A DNA stretch of 64,000 nt, taken from Leucoraja erinacea. Lineage: Eukaryota. Both the position numbers and the translations under genes were made by a program. Location of the stretch: contig NC_073401.1 of the NCBI RefSeq assembly GCF_028641065.1, positions 22,382,001 to 22,446,000 on the forward strand, given 5' to 3'. The notes under the pieces were generated by a model. The model saw only the letters and a program-made list of their open reading frames with translations. It was not told the origin of the DNA and did no database searches. Numbering within the stretch: position 1 is the stretch's first letter; the number at the start of each line of letters is the position of its first letter. Positions 62,551 through 64,000 of this stretch are shown here, one piece after another.

Positions 62551-64000
62551 GTTATTAATCGAAAGTAGATACAAAATGCTGGAGTATGTCAGCGGGTCAG
62601 GCAGCGTCTCGTATATTTCCCCTCATAATCGACCCCTCCCCCAGCAGTTCAATGCTCTGGTTAATCTGCATCTATCATTTCATCTCTCATTTTTATACCT
62701 ATCCCGCTGTTTACTTTGACAGCCTTCCTCACTGTCAGCAACCCAAACAATCTAGCTGTCATCTGTAAACGTATTAACTACTAGAGAAGGTGCAGAGACC
62801 TTTGTCATGGCTCCTGCAATCTCGTCTGTTGTGTCTCTCAATAATCTGTCCATTCATGCACACTGCCCCTCAAGACACCCAACACCTGCTTCTTAATCAC
62901 ACAGTGCCTTTGCATATGAATATTCGCCACATTGATCTCACTCTCCTCCTTGTCTTCTCCTTGATTAAAAGACGTACAACGACTATATGTTGGTTCACTC
63001 TCCCGCACGCGCACACACGCACACACTCACACGAATACAATAGCGCGCTCATGCACAAACCCATCCGAGAGTGACCACTAACCGTTGCATAAGATCCTTC
63101 TAATCACTTGGGAATCCGATCAATTTCATCCTGGAGTGAAATGGGTGGGGCTGGTATTGAGTGAGAGTAATGGGAGGCAACCGGGGAGCCCGGAGAAACC
63201 CATATTATCACGTGGGGAATGTGCAAACTCCCAGCCTTGGTCAGGATCGAACCCTGGTCTCTAGAGTTGTGAGGCAGCAGATCCACTCCACACAGGTGCG
63301 CCGCTGTGGCACCCTACAATATATAGTATATATGCCTCTGTAAAATTCTTAGTGGTATTCGCAGAACATTTGCAGACGGTATTTGACCTGATTAGTGTGT
63401 GCAAGACTGAAGTTTGCAGTCTTCATAAAACGTAGAACGTAGAACAATACAGCAAACGAACAAGCCCTTCGGCCCACAATTTCTCTGCAGACATGAAACC
63501 AAAACCAAACCTTATTTGCATGCACATGATCCGTATCCCTGCATTCTTATATATACTCACCAGCACCTCTCACATTAAAGCTATGCCATCTCGTCCTTGA
63601 TTTTTCCATTTTGGGGAGAAAGTGTTTTGACTCAATCCAATCTATGACTCTCATAATTCTGTATACTTTTGGGAGGTCCCATCTCATCCTCGGGCGTTGC
63701 AGGGAAATCAATCCAATTATGTCTCACCTCATCTTGTGGTTATTCTGGTTAAACTACATCTGCCATTTTGTCGCCCATTTCTGCACCTGGTCTCTAACCT
63801 GCTGCATTCCCCCTAATTGAGCATCATTCTGCTAAACATCCTCTGCATCCTTTGTAAAGCCTCCACATCCATCTAGTACTGGACCGCTCAGAAATGTAGA
63901 CAGTAGCCACACTGAAGCATAACAAAAGTCCAAAAAGTAGCATAATGACTCTATGGCCGTTATCCTCAATGTCCCGACCAATTAAGGCAAGCATGCCATC

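Overview
Vertebrate genomic DNA, almost certainly a cartilaginous fish; the repeat complement looks skate/ray-like (inference). The window holds six immunoglobulin lambda-type (type II/NS3-like) light-chain gene clusters on the + strand. Each has a leader exon, a germline-joined VJ exon and one C exon. All six splice in frame (GT/AG, phase 1) into intact proteins, and no RSS lies between V and J. Clusters 1-5 form a recent tandem array with a ~10.5-10.7 kb period; cluster 6 is an older, more diverged paralog. Spacers consist of nested, decayed retroelements: CR1-type LINEs, Penelope-like GIY-YIG elements, their pLTR-derived repeats with hammerhead-ribozyme-like cores, and tRNA-derived SINEs. 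Main observations: (1) the pre-joined V genes share one junction length but differ mainly in the CDRs, with mosaic patterns and contiguous multi-base substitutions; (2) flank markers suggest the array grew by unequal crossing-over from a two-gene ancestor; (3) an ~80 bp templated insertion was copied from the 3' flank of a cluster-5-like gene; (4) a hammerhead-like relic lies just upstream of the promoters of clusters 1-5. I see no wholly new class of system. Germline-joined light chains are known in this group, so any novelty lies in how this repertoire is diversified.
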